DNA from: an uncultured Methanosarcinaceae archaeon
Lineage (GTDB): Archaea; Halobacteriota; Methanosarcinia; Methanosarcinales; Methanosarcinaceae
Assembly (NCBI GenBank): GCA_963733675.1
Contig: CAVTET010000004.1
Location: forward strand, 608,001 to 672,000
DNA: 64,000 nt
Direction: 5' to 3'
The notes under the pieces are model-generated. The model was not told where the DNA came from. It ran no database searches and saw nothing but the letters and a program-made list of their open reading frames with translations. Shown here piece by piece: positions 47,638 to 58,522 of the stretch. The position numbers and the translations under genes are program-made. Every line of letters begins with the position of its first letter. Position 1 is the first letter of the stretch.

Positions 47638-48267
47638 TTGTTTCACCTTTTTGTGACTAAAATTAATCATTATAATGGAGTTCATTTTATAGTAACTATC
47701 GAAGCTGTCAAAAATTTCGACTAACTACAATATTATATGATTTTAATTAATTATTTTAAATTAATTATAAAAAAAATAGTTTCTGAATAAAATTTATTTT
47801 CACATAAAATGTTTTAACATTGAACAACATTTTAATATTAATCGTGTTTTCTAATAGTTACTGAATAAAGCTTTGATTCTTGCGATTTTCAGTGATGCAT
47901 AGGTTTTATAGCAAAATATCTGTATCCGTGAAAACAATAAAAAAACTATGTCGGTATAACCAACAACTCTAATTTTACAAAATTTTTGGTATACTTAGTA
48001 ATAGTACTGATTGAGTTCCAGATTTTTCATTAGCTTTAAGCTATCCCTAACAACCTATGATAAATAGTAATTTATCAATCTCTTACAGATATCTAATAGA
48101 TATCATTAGCCAATCCTTGGCAACAATTGAAACCATTTTTAAAAATAGGCCACCTACATTCTGATCCACAAAAATTTAAAACTTGATTAGCCTACAAATT
48201 AGTAAAATTTCAAATTTAAGTTTACATAATTAAGCAAAGTTTCAAAAGTAGACTATTATACTTAATT

Positions 48268-48530
48268 ATGAATTTCTGTTCGATCTGTATCAACATATAC
48301 CAATCTAGATGATGATTTTTCGGTTTTATTTGTGTCAATTTGTACGATAATTTTCAGTTTAATCTGTATCCATCTGTATTAATCTGTATGATGACATTCA
48401 GTTCAATCTGAATCTCTCTATTAACCATGGTATATGAAGATTTTCAGTTTGATCTGTATCCGTCTGTATAATCTGTATAACATACAGGCAAATTAAAAAA
48501 GTATACATGCCATTATCTGTACACATACAG
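48268..48530. repeat. Iteron/centromere-like array of ATCTGTAT boxes in about five larger tandem units
   Basis: ATCTGTAT at 48283, 48362, 48372, 48382, 48452, (48462) and 48471. Larger units start TGATGATTTTCAGTTTGATCTGTATC-like. Inverted CTGTA..TACAG at 48473-48487 and 48517-48530. Confidence 0.85.
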
Positions 48531-48533
48531 AGT

Positions 48534-48974
48534 ATGACTAACCGTAAGCGAATTAATATTAATATCCCAATGGATTTATATCAGCAAGTCACTAAATCAA
48601 AATATACTTTAACAGAAGCAATCACAGAAGGTCTCATATTGCTTTTGTCCGGTTCATCAAAAAATAATGACAATGAAATTAACCACGATATCTTAAACTT
48701 ACAGGAATCTAGGATTAATGATTTACAAACTCATAATGAGACTTTGATGAGAGAACTTGAAGACCTTAAAAGAAAAGAACCTGAGAATAAGAATATCCTG
48801 CAATTACATGAAGCTAGGATCAAGGATTTACAAGATCAATTAAGAACAAATCAGGATCAATTAAAAGAAAAAGATGAACAATTAAAAGCACAGGCCATCC
48901 ACATTCAAACGCTGCTTAATCAAAAGTCTATAGAAGCACCTGGAGCAAAGAAGCAATGGTGGAGATTTTGGTAG
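48534..48974 (+). CDS. Ribbon-helix-helix-like / coiled-coil protein with C-terminal WWRFW
   Basis: KRININIP.DLY..V (alternating beta strand plus helix), heptad-rich middle with duplicated ILNLQESRINDLQ / ILQLHEARIKDLQ, ends KKQWWRFW. Start at 48534 or 48507. Confidence 0.75.
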   Translation: MTNRKRININIPMDLYQQVTKSKYTLTEAITEGLILLLSGSSKNNDNEINHDILNLQESRINDLQTHNETLMRELEDLKRKEPENKNILQLHEARIKDLQDQLRTNQDQLKEKDEQLKAQAIHIQTLLNQKSIEAPGAKKQWWRFW

Positions 48975-48991
48975 GCTCGACAGTAATTGTA

Positions 48992-49474
48992 CTACTGAAT
49001 AAAATAACCAGGTTCAAATAAAAAATTAAATAATTGAAGAATTTTAATTTTCTCTACCAAAAACAAACTTCTAGAGAATTTTCTCCCTGATTTTGTCTGC
49101 GTCCGTACGCCTATCTCGACGTCCTTATTCAGGTTTTCTGATACAACATTTGTTTTTTTGTATACCCGCCTGCCAAAGTCTGGCACAACACGTCGTTCGA
49201 GTATCCAAAGACATATTTGAGTGTCTCCAGCTTTTGCTGATGAATTTAAGCGTTCCAAAAGTATTTTTGCGGCATCAGCATTCCGCTTTTTAATATATTG
49301 ATAAAACTGATAATATTTTCCAGATTTCTCTGTTTGTCCCCTTTTAAGCCAATCATTTAACGTTTGATACGTAATTCAGGCTGCGGAAGCAGCGAGAGCA
49401 TAAGTAAGTCCAAGTGGAATATTTTCGCTGATTTTTTGTTGTATTTCTGGAGTTAATTTCGTAGATCTTGTCAT
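48992..49474 (-). pseudogene. Phage terminase small subunit-like HTH protein, interrupted
   Basis: MTRSTKLTPEIQQKI...LGLTY.LAA.AA*ITYQTLNDWLKRG...WILERR..DFGRR; TGA at 49376-49378. Family assignment from recall. Confidence 0.55.
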
Positions 49475-49679
49475 TGATAGCACCGTTTTTACTCTTTGAA
49501 ATAAATATCAATGAATGTTGTATTTATATTTACTTAGTTCTCTTAGACACAACGACAGGATTTATATATGTAAAATCTAAAATGAGTCATTCTAAAGCGA
49601 TTTTGAGACTTTTTCTTGAGTTGAATATTGCTATAACCATGAAATAATCAAAAACAATTACTTTAAGGGCTGAGATTTA

Positions 49680-49804
49680 GAGCCTATCCTAAAAGTTTTG
49701 TAACCTAGTATAACTTTTCAATACACAATTGGAATGGATACTCTGATGCTGTCGATCAATTATACCTTTTACAGCGTGCCATTATTGACATTTCGGATAG
49801 GCCC
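49680..49804. mobile_element. 125-bp MITE with the TIRs of the IS5 element at 6806
   Basis: GAGCCTATCCTAAA ... TTTCGGATAGGCCC; no ORF inside. Confidence 0.75.
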
Positions 49805-50992
49805 GAAGTCAAAAATGAACGATTATGGGACGATTTAAGGCATCTTCTTGAGTGAGATATGATTATTCCCCTAATGTCAACTCATTCAAAGTTAGCTCTT
49901 TCAATGTTACCTTCTTTAAAGTTAGTTTTTTATCTAATTCATGCCATAACCTCTTTCCTTCATCCCAAAATTTTTGTTTATCTTGTATCAACTGTGAATT
50001 AAAAGCAACCATATTAGCATGGTCCTGAATACAGCCTTTTACTACCTGAACCTTGAAGACATGTTTGGTTATTATACTGTTTCTTTGTGAAATCCTCGAG
50101 ACTTGTGGGTATCAACGAAAGTAATTGTCTCAAAGTTAATCTTATGAGCTGCAAGTGAAGATATATCAACAGACATAGAAGGTTTGTTTAAAGGTATTTT
50201 AGAACTTCGAATTTTTTGTGAGATACATTGTTTATATATATTTTTAAATGTGATTTAACTAGTTCTAACCTATCCTGATTTGTCTATCATCCTTAGAAAA
50301 AGGAAACAGGAATTAGAAAAGATTTTTACCAGAGATTAATGAAAAAAAATGTAAAGGTGTTTTGATAAAATTTAAAATTTCCATCGGATGCACAGAATTC
50401 CAAAGATTTGGTTTATTAAAAATCAATAAAATTGGGGTGGTATCCCTTCTGCTAGCAATTGTATATGTTAGTGCCACCGCTTTGGATGCAAAGAAATTAT
50501 TCCAAATCAAATATTTTAATTTGCTATATGATTCTTTTTTTGGTTTTACCTGATTGTCAACGTAATTTTTAAAGAATTATGATAGACCTCTGGTTTTCAT
50601 GAGTAATTTATGATACCATTTATGAGCGTATGACATAATTTAGGAGTTTATTTACAATCCTTTTTATGAAATCTGAAGTTTTACTATCCCCAAAATTTCA
50701 ATGTAAACTCCATCACTCCACATTCACTACCAAATAACTGGTTTTTAATCTCAGAACATTAGTTAAAAATTTAGAATTATTCGGGTATCTGTGTAAGGAC
50801 TGCATTATTTTTTATATGAACTGAGAAAATTTTGTAGCACTCACAAGATACTTGAATAGTTGCGAAAAAAATGTAAGTAAGGAAAAGTATAATGACTGTA
50901 AGGACGATGACTGATAATAGTATCGATTTTTTTGCTTTTTCTCACAATTACTGTCAAATATATCTTCCCTATAATATACCTTTCTAAAACCG

Positions 50993-51916
50993 TTATTTTT
51001 TCCTTGGGATAAATCCAACTTCACTAACAATGTTTTGCCCTTTTTCGCTCAACACAAAGTCACAGAAATCTTTTGTGAGTCCTTCTTTGGGTTCGCCATT
51101 GGTATAGAAGTAAAGCGATCTGGAAAGTGGGTATGTGCCGCTTAAAATGCTTTGAGTAGTTGGCAATACAGAGCCATTTCCTTTGTCCAGGCTTAAGACC
51201 TTTATGCTGTTATCGACGTATGCAAAGCCTATGTACCCGATTGCATTTTGATTATGAGCTACTTCAGTGACTATTCCTCCTGTAGTAGCCTGAGTAAGCG
51301 CATCAGGCCGGACTTCATCACCGAGCAAAACATCTTTCTTGAAGTCTGCATAAGTTCCAGAGCTGGTATCCCTAGAAATTACGGAAATTTGTTTATCCTC
51401 ACCATCAACTTGTTTCCAGTTACTGATACTCCCATTATAGATACCTTGCAACTGGTTAAAGGTAAGTTTTGAAATAGGATTCTTGGGATGTACAACCACT
51501 GTAATACCGTCATAAGCAATTACATGCTCTAATGGGTTGATTCCATTTGTGTTAGCTTTTTTGATTTCGTCAGTTGTCATTTCTCTAGATGCAGTAGCAA
51601 TGTCCACTCCTTTGTCAATTAGAGCTGCAATTCCAACACCTGTTCCACCTCCAGTAACTGACACACTTTTCCTGGGATTTTCATTCAAAAATTTTTCAGC
51701 CTCAGCCTGTGCAAGAGGCAGAAGTGTATCGGACCCTTTCACAGAAATGCTCTGTGATTTTACAGCAGTAGTTTCCTGTACTGGTGTTCCGCCTGATGAG
51801 TTATTCTGAGCAATGGAAGAACCTTCACTATTCTTTCCAGCGCAACCAATGCCCAGAAACACAAGCCCAATTAGAACTAATATAAGAATTTTGTATTTTT
51901 TTGATTTATTTACCAT
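50993..51916 (-). CDS. pstS: Phosphate ABC transporter substrate-binding lipoprotein
   Basis: Lipobox LGIGC, GSDTL, GGGTGVG, SR..SSGT, YPLSR.LY. Confidence 0.93.
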   Translation of the reverse strand: MVNKSKKYKILILVLIGLVFLGIGCAGKNSEGSSIAQNNSSGGTPVQETTAVKSQSISVKGSDTLLPLAQAEAEKFLNENPRKSVSVTGGGTGVGIAALIDKGVDIATASREMTTDEIKKANTNGINPLEHVIAYDGITVVVHPKNPISKLTFNQLQGIYNGSISNWKQVDGEDKQISVISRDTSSGTYADFKKDVLLGDEVRPDALTQATTGGIVTEVAHNQNAIGYIGFAYVDNSIKVLSLDKGNGSVLPTTQSILSGTYPLSRSLYFYTNGEPKEGLTKDFCDFVLSEKGQNIVSEVGFIPRKK

Positions 51917-52256
51917 ATTAAAGACACTCCGTTAAATGAATAGGGCTAAATCAGCAACATTCATCTATTAACTTCTAACTCGTATAATAATCAACAGACG
52001 AAGTAATTATATACAAATTCGGTATCGAAGTATATAATTAGTATTAAAGAATATAATTAAATGGGTTATTTAGGTATCTATATGTAAAATTAGTTGACAG
52101 CAGAAATATCAGATAATTACATTGGAAAAATATAAAATATAACTATCTGAGAAAAATAGTTATTATTGATATAAAAATTATATTCCATTGTGCATAAGTC
52201 TTATCAGGAAAGACCATTTGCTTCTAAACATTTTGGATTTTGCAATGTTACTATTA

Positions 52257-52556
52257 TTAATTGCCGCCTTGATAACCGTTTTTACGATCTACTTGGCCAT
52301 CAGGGTAACCCTCATCGTAGCCATGTGTGTAGCCTTCATCATAGCCATTTGTGTAGCCTTCATTAGTGTTGTTATGACTTAAACCGGATTTGATGTCATA
52401 AAAACTGCCATTAAAACCGGTTTGGTAGCTGGTTCTATAGCCGGCTGCATAACCTCGTTCGTAGTTGGGGCTTTTTAGACCCCATAAGATTGCTACTGCA
52501 GCTGTCAATCCTACTACAACGATGACTATTAACAAAATAGACAGTATCTTCTTTAC
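52257..52556 (-). CDS. Small secreted/membrane protein with GYxx repeats (start uncertain)
   Basis: KKILSILLIVIVVVGLTAAVA followed by ERGYAAGY and EGYTNGYDEGYTHGYDEGY; no canonical start codon at the leader. Confidence 0.55.
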   Translation of the reverse strand, partial: VKKILSILLIVIVVVGLTAAVAILWGLKSPNYERGYAAGYRTSYQTGFNGSFYDIKSGLSHNNTNEGYTNGYDEGYTHGYDEGYPDGQVDRKNGYQGGN

Positions 52557-52829
52557 GCTGTAACCAAATATAATTTTATTTTCATACCGTTGGTTGTCCA
52601 CTAAATGTCCCCTTGGCAAGTTTACTAATTCAATATCATATTTTTGAATTGATCTCAAAACCCATTTCATTTTTAGCAATTATGATTTGACAATATTACT
52701 TTTATTATCAGAATCCAATTAACACTACAATAAATGTAAATATTCAAGTAACTTTTGGACATTATAATTTTACTTATAAAAAAGAAAAAAAATCGTAAAC
52801 TTATTGAAGTTAATGTTTTTTTGTTATTT

Positions 52830-53110
52830 ATGCTTACGTGTGAAGAAATCCTTGAAATCCATGAAGTTGGTCCTGAGAGTATTATTTATGTAATTCATAG
52901 ACTTAAGACTACTTTAGAAGATCAAGCTATTCAAAGCACTGCTCTTGAAGAGCGTGTAAAGATTTTCAAATCTTGCTTCAATTAAAACTATTGCAAAAGT
53001 AGCAAACCTCTTTCTATTGACTTTTTTGTCAAAAAACACAAAGCCTTTGTAAAAAGAGTTGTAAAAAACATGGGGATGAAGAAGGTCATGCAGAAATAAC
53101 TCTTAAAATG
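52830..53110 (+). pseudogene. 5' remnant of IS66-family transposase
   Basis: MLT.EEILEI.E.GPE..I..I.RL....E.QA.....LEERVKI....N*N...SSKP.S.D. Confidence 0.75.
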
Positions 53111-53984
53111 ATTAATAATCGCGGTTTTGTCATTATATTCTTTTCCGTGCTAATTTACAGGAAGAACTTCAGAGTCTCAAATCTCATTTAAGAAATTTAC
53201 AGGCATATGTTGGTTACTAGTAGGTCTGTGAACATGAAAATACTTCCAGAAAATTGCAGATGTGCCAAAAAAAAAGAACGTTACAGGGTCTCTTGAGTGA
53301 GGTTTAACTCTAAGACGGGAAGTCTTCGGTTCTGAAGTTACTGGTTTGTGTTCATTTCTAGCTAGCTAATTTCTGGACTATTAACTAGTAGGAGCCGGTA
53401 AGACAAGAAATACTAAACATCATATGTCACAAAATAAAATTGTTTGGACGTAGTTCATATGAAAATGAGGCTTTATTAAAACTTAAATAATTCTACAATT
53501 GAATAATAAACAACGTTAATTTTAAATTGTATTTTATATGATCAAAATGGTATCATCTGAGATAATTCCTATTTTTTGTATTTTTGACCTTAGATCATTG
53601 GTTGCAGATTCAAGAGAATTGGTAGGGGATGTTGCAGAATGAGTTAAAACATTAATAACTTCTTGATAGTTCTATTTTGCTTCATAAGGTAAAGTGATTA
53701 TATCAAAGATATACATAATTCAGAAGATGCCCAAAGTAAACAGTTTTTATTTATGCCAGAGATGGAGTCATTTCTCTTTCCTATGCCCAACAACTTAATT
53801 ACCTTAATTAATTTTTTATATGGTTTTTCAATTTGTCGAAATAATTCCTGAACTAATGTGGTTAGAACTACTGACAATAGCATCAATATTTTTTTCGTTT
53901 CCTGAAAAATTCTTTCTTTATAAAGCTGAAATCTTAAAGCTCTTTAAAAACCTATAATAGATGTGAAACACCATTGTTAAGGGT

Positions 53985-55460
53985 ATGAAAAGCGATTTCA
54001 CCACATCAGAATCTTTAGATAAAAAAAACCAGACAGCAGCTGGAGTTGAGAAAGAATTTCCAAGAAAAGTTTTCGCACAAAATCAAGGAAAAAAGGGGCC
54101 TTTAAAAGTAATCATTATTGGAGGGGGAGCCTGTGGTATGGCAGCTGCTACCAAAATTAGAAGACAGAGTGATTTTGAGATAACAGTAATTTCACGAGAC
54201 TCCTATACTGCTTACAGTCACTGTGGAATCCCTTTTGTTTTGAGTCGGGAAATTAATAGTTTTGAAAAACTTATTGTGAAATCCCTGGATTTTTTTAAGA
54301 AAAATAGGATGGATGTTAAGCTAAATGAGGCCGTTAGGTCAATTAATATTGGTTCAGGAACTGTTCAGACAAGGGAAGGAATTTATCCTTTTGACAAACT
54401 GGTGATTGCCACAGGAAGCCTGCCATTTATACCTAAAAAAGATTGCACTACAAACATTCTAACTTATGGCATCTTCACCTTGAGGAATCTTGATGATGGC
54501 ATGCTCTTTGAAAAAGCCCTGAAAACTGCCGAAAAAGTTTGCATCATAGGTGGAGGGACAATAGGAATAGAATGTGCCGTAGCACTTGTGAGAAGGGGAA
54601 TTAAAACTGTACTCATAAGCAGAAGCAAAAATCTGATTTCTAGGCAGTTTGATCCCGAATGTGCTGAAATTATAAGAACACACCTGGAAAGTATGGGCAT
54701 TGAAGTAATTTCAGGTGAACATATTGTTATTCCTGAAAATTTCTGGAACGAAAAAACTCTGCAAGTTGGAGAAAGGCTATTTCTTGCAGACATTGTACTC
54801 CTGGCAAGCGGGGTAAAACCCGAAATTTTTCTTGCCATGGAGGCCGGAATCGAAATTGGAAAAGCTGGAGGAATAGTTGTAAATGAAATGCTCCAGGTAA
54901 AAGCAGGAGAGGAGTTCCTTCCCAATGTGTATGCAGGTGGAGAATGTGTGGAAGTAAAGGACTTTATAACCGGGGAAGCCAGAATAAGTCAGCTGGGTAC
55001 AGCAGCACGGAGTATGGCCTATGTAATCGGCAATAATATTACCGGAAAGCATACTGCTTTTGGGCCGCTTGCAGACCCTTGGGTGGCTGTAGCAGGTGAT
55101 TTACAGTTCGGTGGAGTGGGGATTACGTCGAAGAGAGCTGAAAGTAAGGGGATGAGTTTGGTTACAGGCTTTTCCAGCGGGTATACAAGAGCTTCTTATT
55201 ACCCAGATAAAAAAAAAATATACATCAAACTCCTGTTTAAAGATGATTGCCTAGTAGGTGCACAACTTGTCGGAGGGGAGGGAATAAAAGAAAGAATAGA
55301 TGCTCTCTCCCTTGCAATCAGGAAGAAATCCACAATCAAGGATCTCCTAGACTTGGAAACCTGTTACTCTCCCCCAGTTTCAATGCTTATAGATCCTCTA
55401 CGACCGGCAGTAAAAGCCGCACTTCAAAATAGGAGGGAAAAAGAAAATAGTGAACAATAA
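53985..55460 (+). CDS. FAD-dependent NADH oxidase / CoA-disulfide reductase family
   Basis: IIGGGACG, YSHCGIP (redox Cys), ATGS, IGGGTIG.E, C-terminal CYSPP. Confidence 0.9.
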   Translation: MKSDFTTSESLDKKNQTAAGVEKEFPRKVFAQNQGKKGPLKVIIIGGGACGMAAATKIRRQSDFEITVISRDSYTAYSHCGIPFVLSREINSFEKLIVKSLDFFKKNRMDVKLNEAVRSINIGSGTVQTREGIYPFDKLVIATGSLPFIPKKDCTTNILTYGIFTLRNLDDGMLFEKALKTAEKVCIIGGGTIGIECAVALVRRGIKTVLISRSKNLISRQFDPECAEIIRTHLESMGIEVISGEHIVIPENFWNEKTLQVGERLFLADIVLLASGVKPEIFLAMEAGIEIGKAGGIVVNEMLQVKAGEEFLPNVYAGGECVEVKDFITGEARISQLGTAARSMAYVIGNNITGKHTAFGPLADPWVAVAGDLQFGGVGITSKRAESKGMSLVTGFSSGYTRASYYPDKKKIYIKLLFKDDCLVGAQLVGGEGIKERIDALSLAIRKKSTIKDLLDLETCYSPPVSMLIDPLRPAVKAALQNRREKENSEQ

Positions 55461-55477
55461 GTAAGGGTGAAATTAAA

Positions 55478-55556
55478 GAGGATTCAATAAATTTCGTCAT
55501 ATGCATATAAATGTTATATAAATGACTTGTGAAAATCAAAGATTTATCAAATTCTC
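55478..55556. mobile_element. MITE family B (degenerate)
   Basis: GAGGATTCAATAAA...TGCATATAAATG..ATATAAATGACT..TGAAAATCA...TTTATCAAATTCTC, matching 30374-30461. Confidence 0.65.
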
Positions 55557-55869
55557 AAAACTTGCCTGTACTCCAGTGGAAATAAGGGGGTAATTTGACA
55601 TTGATAAAGGGATCGTAGGAAGTATAACCTTGCTTCTGTGGTGTTTTTATGCCTATTTGATAAAGAAAAGGCTGACATCACTCTAGTAAGAAGAGGAACT
55701 GATGTGGCTTGAGATGCGATGATAGACTACCTGAAGCAAGTGAATTTCAGTGCACTTTAACGGCTGGTTGTGCAGACAAAGAAACCTGAAAGAACGTGGT
55801 TACTACTGAGAAAGGAGAAATAGATTCAGCTTTTTTTGAACCGGGTAGACTTTGGAAGCTCTTAATCAC

Positions 55870-56330
55870 ATGCATGAGTTGAGCAGCAGGCTTCTAGGAG
55901 CTGAAGGCATCTAACCGTTGTTGCAGGAAATCATGGACGCGGCTGTTGAGATTGTAAATGCCAAAATGGGTACCTTGCAACTTTTAGAAAATAATTCACT
56001 GAAAATGGTTTCCCATTATGGTCATCAGGAGACTTTATTGAATTTTTTGCATCGGCTGAGAATATTGCTTCGGTTTGCGGGGAAGCGGTGCAGCGATAGG
56101 AGCGTGTGATCGTTGAAGACGTTGAGACAAGTCCCTTGTTTGTTGGCACACCTTCTCTGAATGTGATGCGAAAGGCTGGAGTACGAGCTGTTCAGTCCAC
56201 TCCCATGCTAAGCCGCGCTGGCACTTTGATGGGCATTCTCACAACTTAATGGGATGTTCCTTATTCTCCAAATGAGGACGGTCTCTAGAGGACCGACATA
56301 TTGGTTCGGCAGGCAGCTGACTTGATAAAA
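55870..56330 (+). pseudogene. GAF-domain fragment of a sensor kinase
   Basis: HELSSRLL...LLQEIMDAA....A.MGTLQL, RVIVEDVETSPLF, AGVRAVQSTPM.SR.G...G.L; several stops. Confidence 0.8.
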
Positions 56331-56893
56331 TAGGCCAAGACGAAGAAAGCCAGTTTAATTTAGTTTTATGTTTACAGCCGGATACGAAATGTTGTCTCAT
56401 TTTCACGATTACAATGTGGACTGGCCACTGCTTAGAATATAGGTATCTGATCTTATGTCGTAAATATAGTAAGGAAGAGGCAAGTGATAGGCTCTTGATA
56501 AGGTTCTCATTCGATGACAATGATTAAAAGTATGTTCTCTACTATAAAATTGAATACATCGTCGTTAAGTGAATTATGTTTTTCAAAAAAGAAAAGTTGT
56601 CGGGGAAAATTGGGTTAAATCTGGCTCCTTTAATGGACATGAAGTCCCGATACTGTGAGAATATTGGGATACTTGTGGAAAATATTAAAGTAAAATGCAT
56701 GAAGACATTGGTTAAAAGAAGTTGAAGGTAGTTTTGAAATAAGTTCAATATTTAATTTGCTAAGTTATTTATATTTGCCTATTCTTTAAGTAAAAAGTTA
56801 TATTTTTTCTAATTTCTGCGTTTCAATCAAAAAATGCAAAGATATCTAGATTGTGGTACATTACACAATCTGTAATATTAGGAGGGAATGTTG

Positions 56894-57811
56894 ATGGCCT
56901 TTCTATCTAATTTGTTTGGCAAAGATAATACTCATGAATTTTTAAACGCTTGCAGATTAGGGCAGATAGAAAATGTAGAGAGATTTCTAAAAAGTAATCA
57001 GATTGATATTAATTCGCAAGACGAATATGGTAAAACTGCTTTGATTTGTGCGACAGATATGGGGTACAAGGATATTTTAGAGTTGCTTATTAAAGGTGGT
57101 GCCAATCTCAATATTCAAGAAGAAAATGGTGACACTGCTCTGATTTCTGCGGTAGAGATCGGACGTGTTGATATTGTAGAGTTGCTTATCAAAAGCGGTG
57201 CTGATCTCAATATTCAAGATAAAAATGGCGAGACTGCTTTGAGGATAACGGTAAAAATAGGGAACAAGCATATTGTAGAGTTGCTTATTGAAGGTGATGC
57301 TGATCTTAATATTCAAAACAAAAATGGTGACACTGCTTTGATTTGTGCGGCCGATAGGGGACGTAAGGACATTGTAGAGTTGCTCATTAAAAGTGGTGCC
57401 GACCTTAATATTCAAGCCAAAAATCATAACACTGCTTTGAATGCTGCAACAAAACTAAAACGTAAAGATATTGTAGAGTTGCTTATTACCAGCGGTGCCG
57501 ATCTTAATGTTCAAGACAAAAAAGGTAAAACTGCTTTGATTTGTGCTGCAGACATAGAGGCTAAGGATATTGTAGAGTTGCTTATTAAAGGTGGTGCCAA
57601 TCTCAATATTCAAGACGAATATGGTAAAACTGCTTTGATATATTCGGCACAAACTGGGTATAAGGATGTTGTTGAGTTGCTCATTAAAGGTGGTGCCGAC
57701 CTTAATATTCAAGAAGAAAATAGCAACACTGCTTTGGAGATTGCGGCAAAAATGGAGTTTAAGGACATTGTAGAGTTGCTTATTAAGGACGGGGGCAGTT
57801 TTAGATCATAA
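56894..57811 (+). CDS. Ankyrin repeat protein (N-cap plus eight 33-aa repeats)
   Basis: Repeated G.TAL..A...[16 protein letters not shown]; 99-bp DNA periodicity; SD GGAGGG. Start at 56888 or 56894. Confidence 0.95.
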   Translation: MAFLSNLFGKDNTHEFLNACRLGQIENVERFLKSNQIDINSQDEYGKTALICATDMGYKDILELLIKGGANLNIQEENGDTALISAVEIGRVDIVELLIKSGADLNIQDKNGETALRITVKIGNKHIVELLIEGDADLNIQNKNGDTALICAADRGRKDIVELLIKSGADLNIQAKNHNTALNAATKLKRKDIVELLITSGADLNVQDKKGKTALICAADIEAKDIVELLIKGGANLNIQDEYGKTALIYSAQTGYKDVVELLIKGGADLNIQEENSNTALEIAAKMEFKDIVELLIKDGGSFRS

Positions 57812-58522
57812 TTTTATTTGAAAAACACACAGATAGTTGATTTTTTTATTTAGGATTGTGATTTAGGCTAATTAATTTCAGTGTCCTATGAGCTCCATGC
57901 GGCCCATAAACTCATTAGTAATAAATCAACAATGTTTTCTTATTCTAGATTGAACTTAGGAAATTCAGAGATCTTACAAAAAAAATATGCATCAATAAAA
58001 ATGATAAATCCTGTTTTTTGTAGTAAGTCAAAGGTTATAGGGCCATTTAGAATTTACAGAACTTGGTTTCGTTGCAAAAAATTCAAAACTGATACGAAGA
58101 AGATTCCAATCAGATCAGTTAACAAAATCAATTTTAACAAGTTTGTCTCCAACTAACTGAGGAAGTTTGTATTCGTCTTTAAAAGCAAAATCAGTAAAAG
58201 TTATCATAAGTATAAATTATTGTCAAGAGATTTGAACTCTCCAACGCTCAAATACATAGGAGTTTATCGAAATTCTCTATAGTGCTTATATTGTTGGATT
58301 TGGTACTTCAAGTGCATAAGCATTAACAAAGAAGAAAATAATTTTTCCCCGATGGCTTGCCTTTATATCTCACAGGCCTGCCAGAAAGATTTTCTTGGAT
58401 CTTTTGAAGCCATGGAAACTGAAATAATAGATCTTGGAAATCATTAAGATTTCCATAGGTATTTGCACAATTTGACAAAGAATTCAAAATCGGAGTTTTA
58501 GTAATCAGATTTAGAATGAGGA

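Noticed and set aside
48268-48480. 35-46 bp periodic array as a degenerate CRISPR
   Set aside because: Inter-unit sequence is itself made of the same ATCTGTAT boxes, so there are no unique spacers.
49860-50230. Possible pentapeptide-repeat gene remnant (TNFKEGNIERANFE*)
   Set aside because: Too short and interrupted to call.
57077-57712. Repetitive antisense ORFs
   Set aside because: Shadows of the ankyrin repeats on the opposite strand.
58065-58085. Lone IS6-like TIR (GGTTTCGTTGCAAAAATT)
   Set aside because: No matching second end or transposase nearby, so it was not called as an element.
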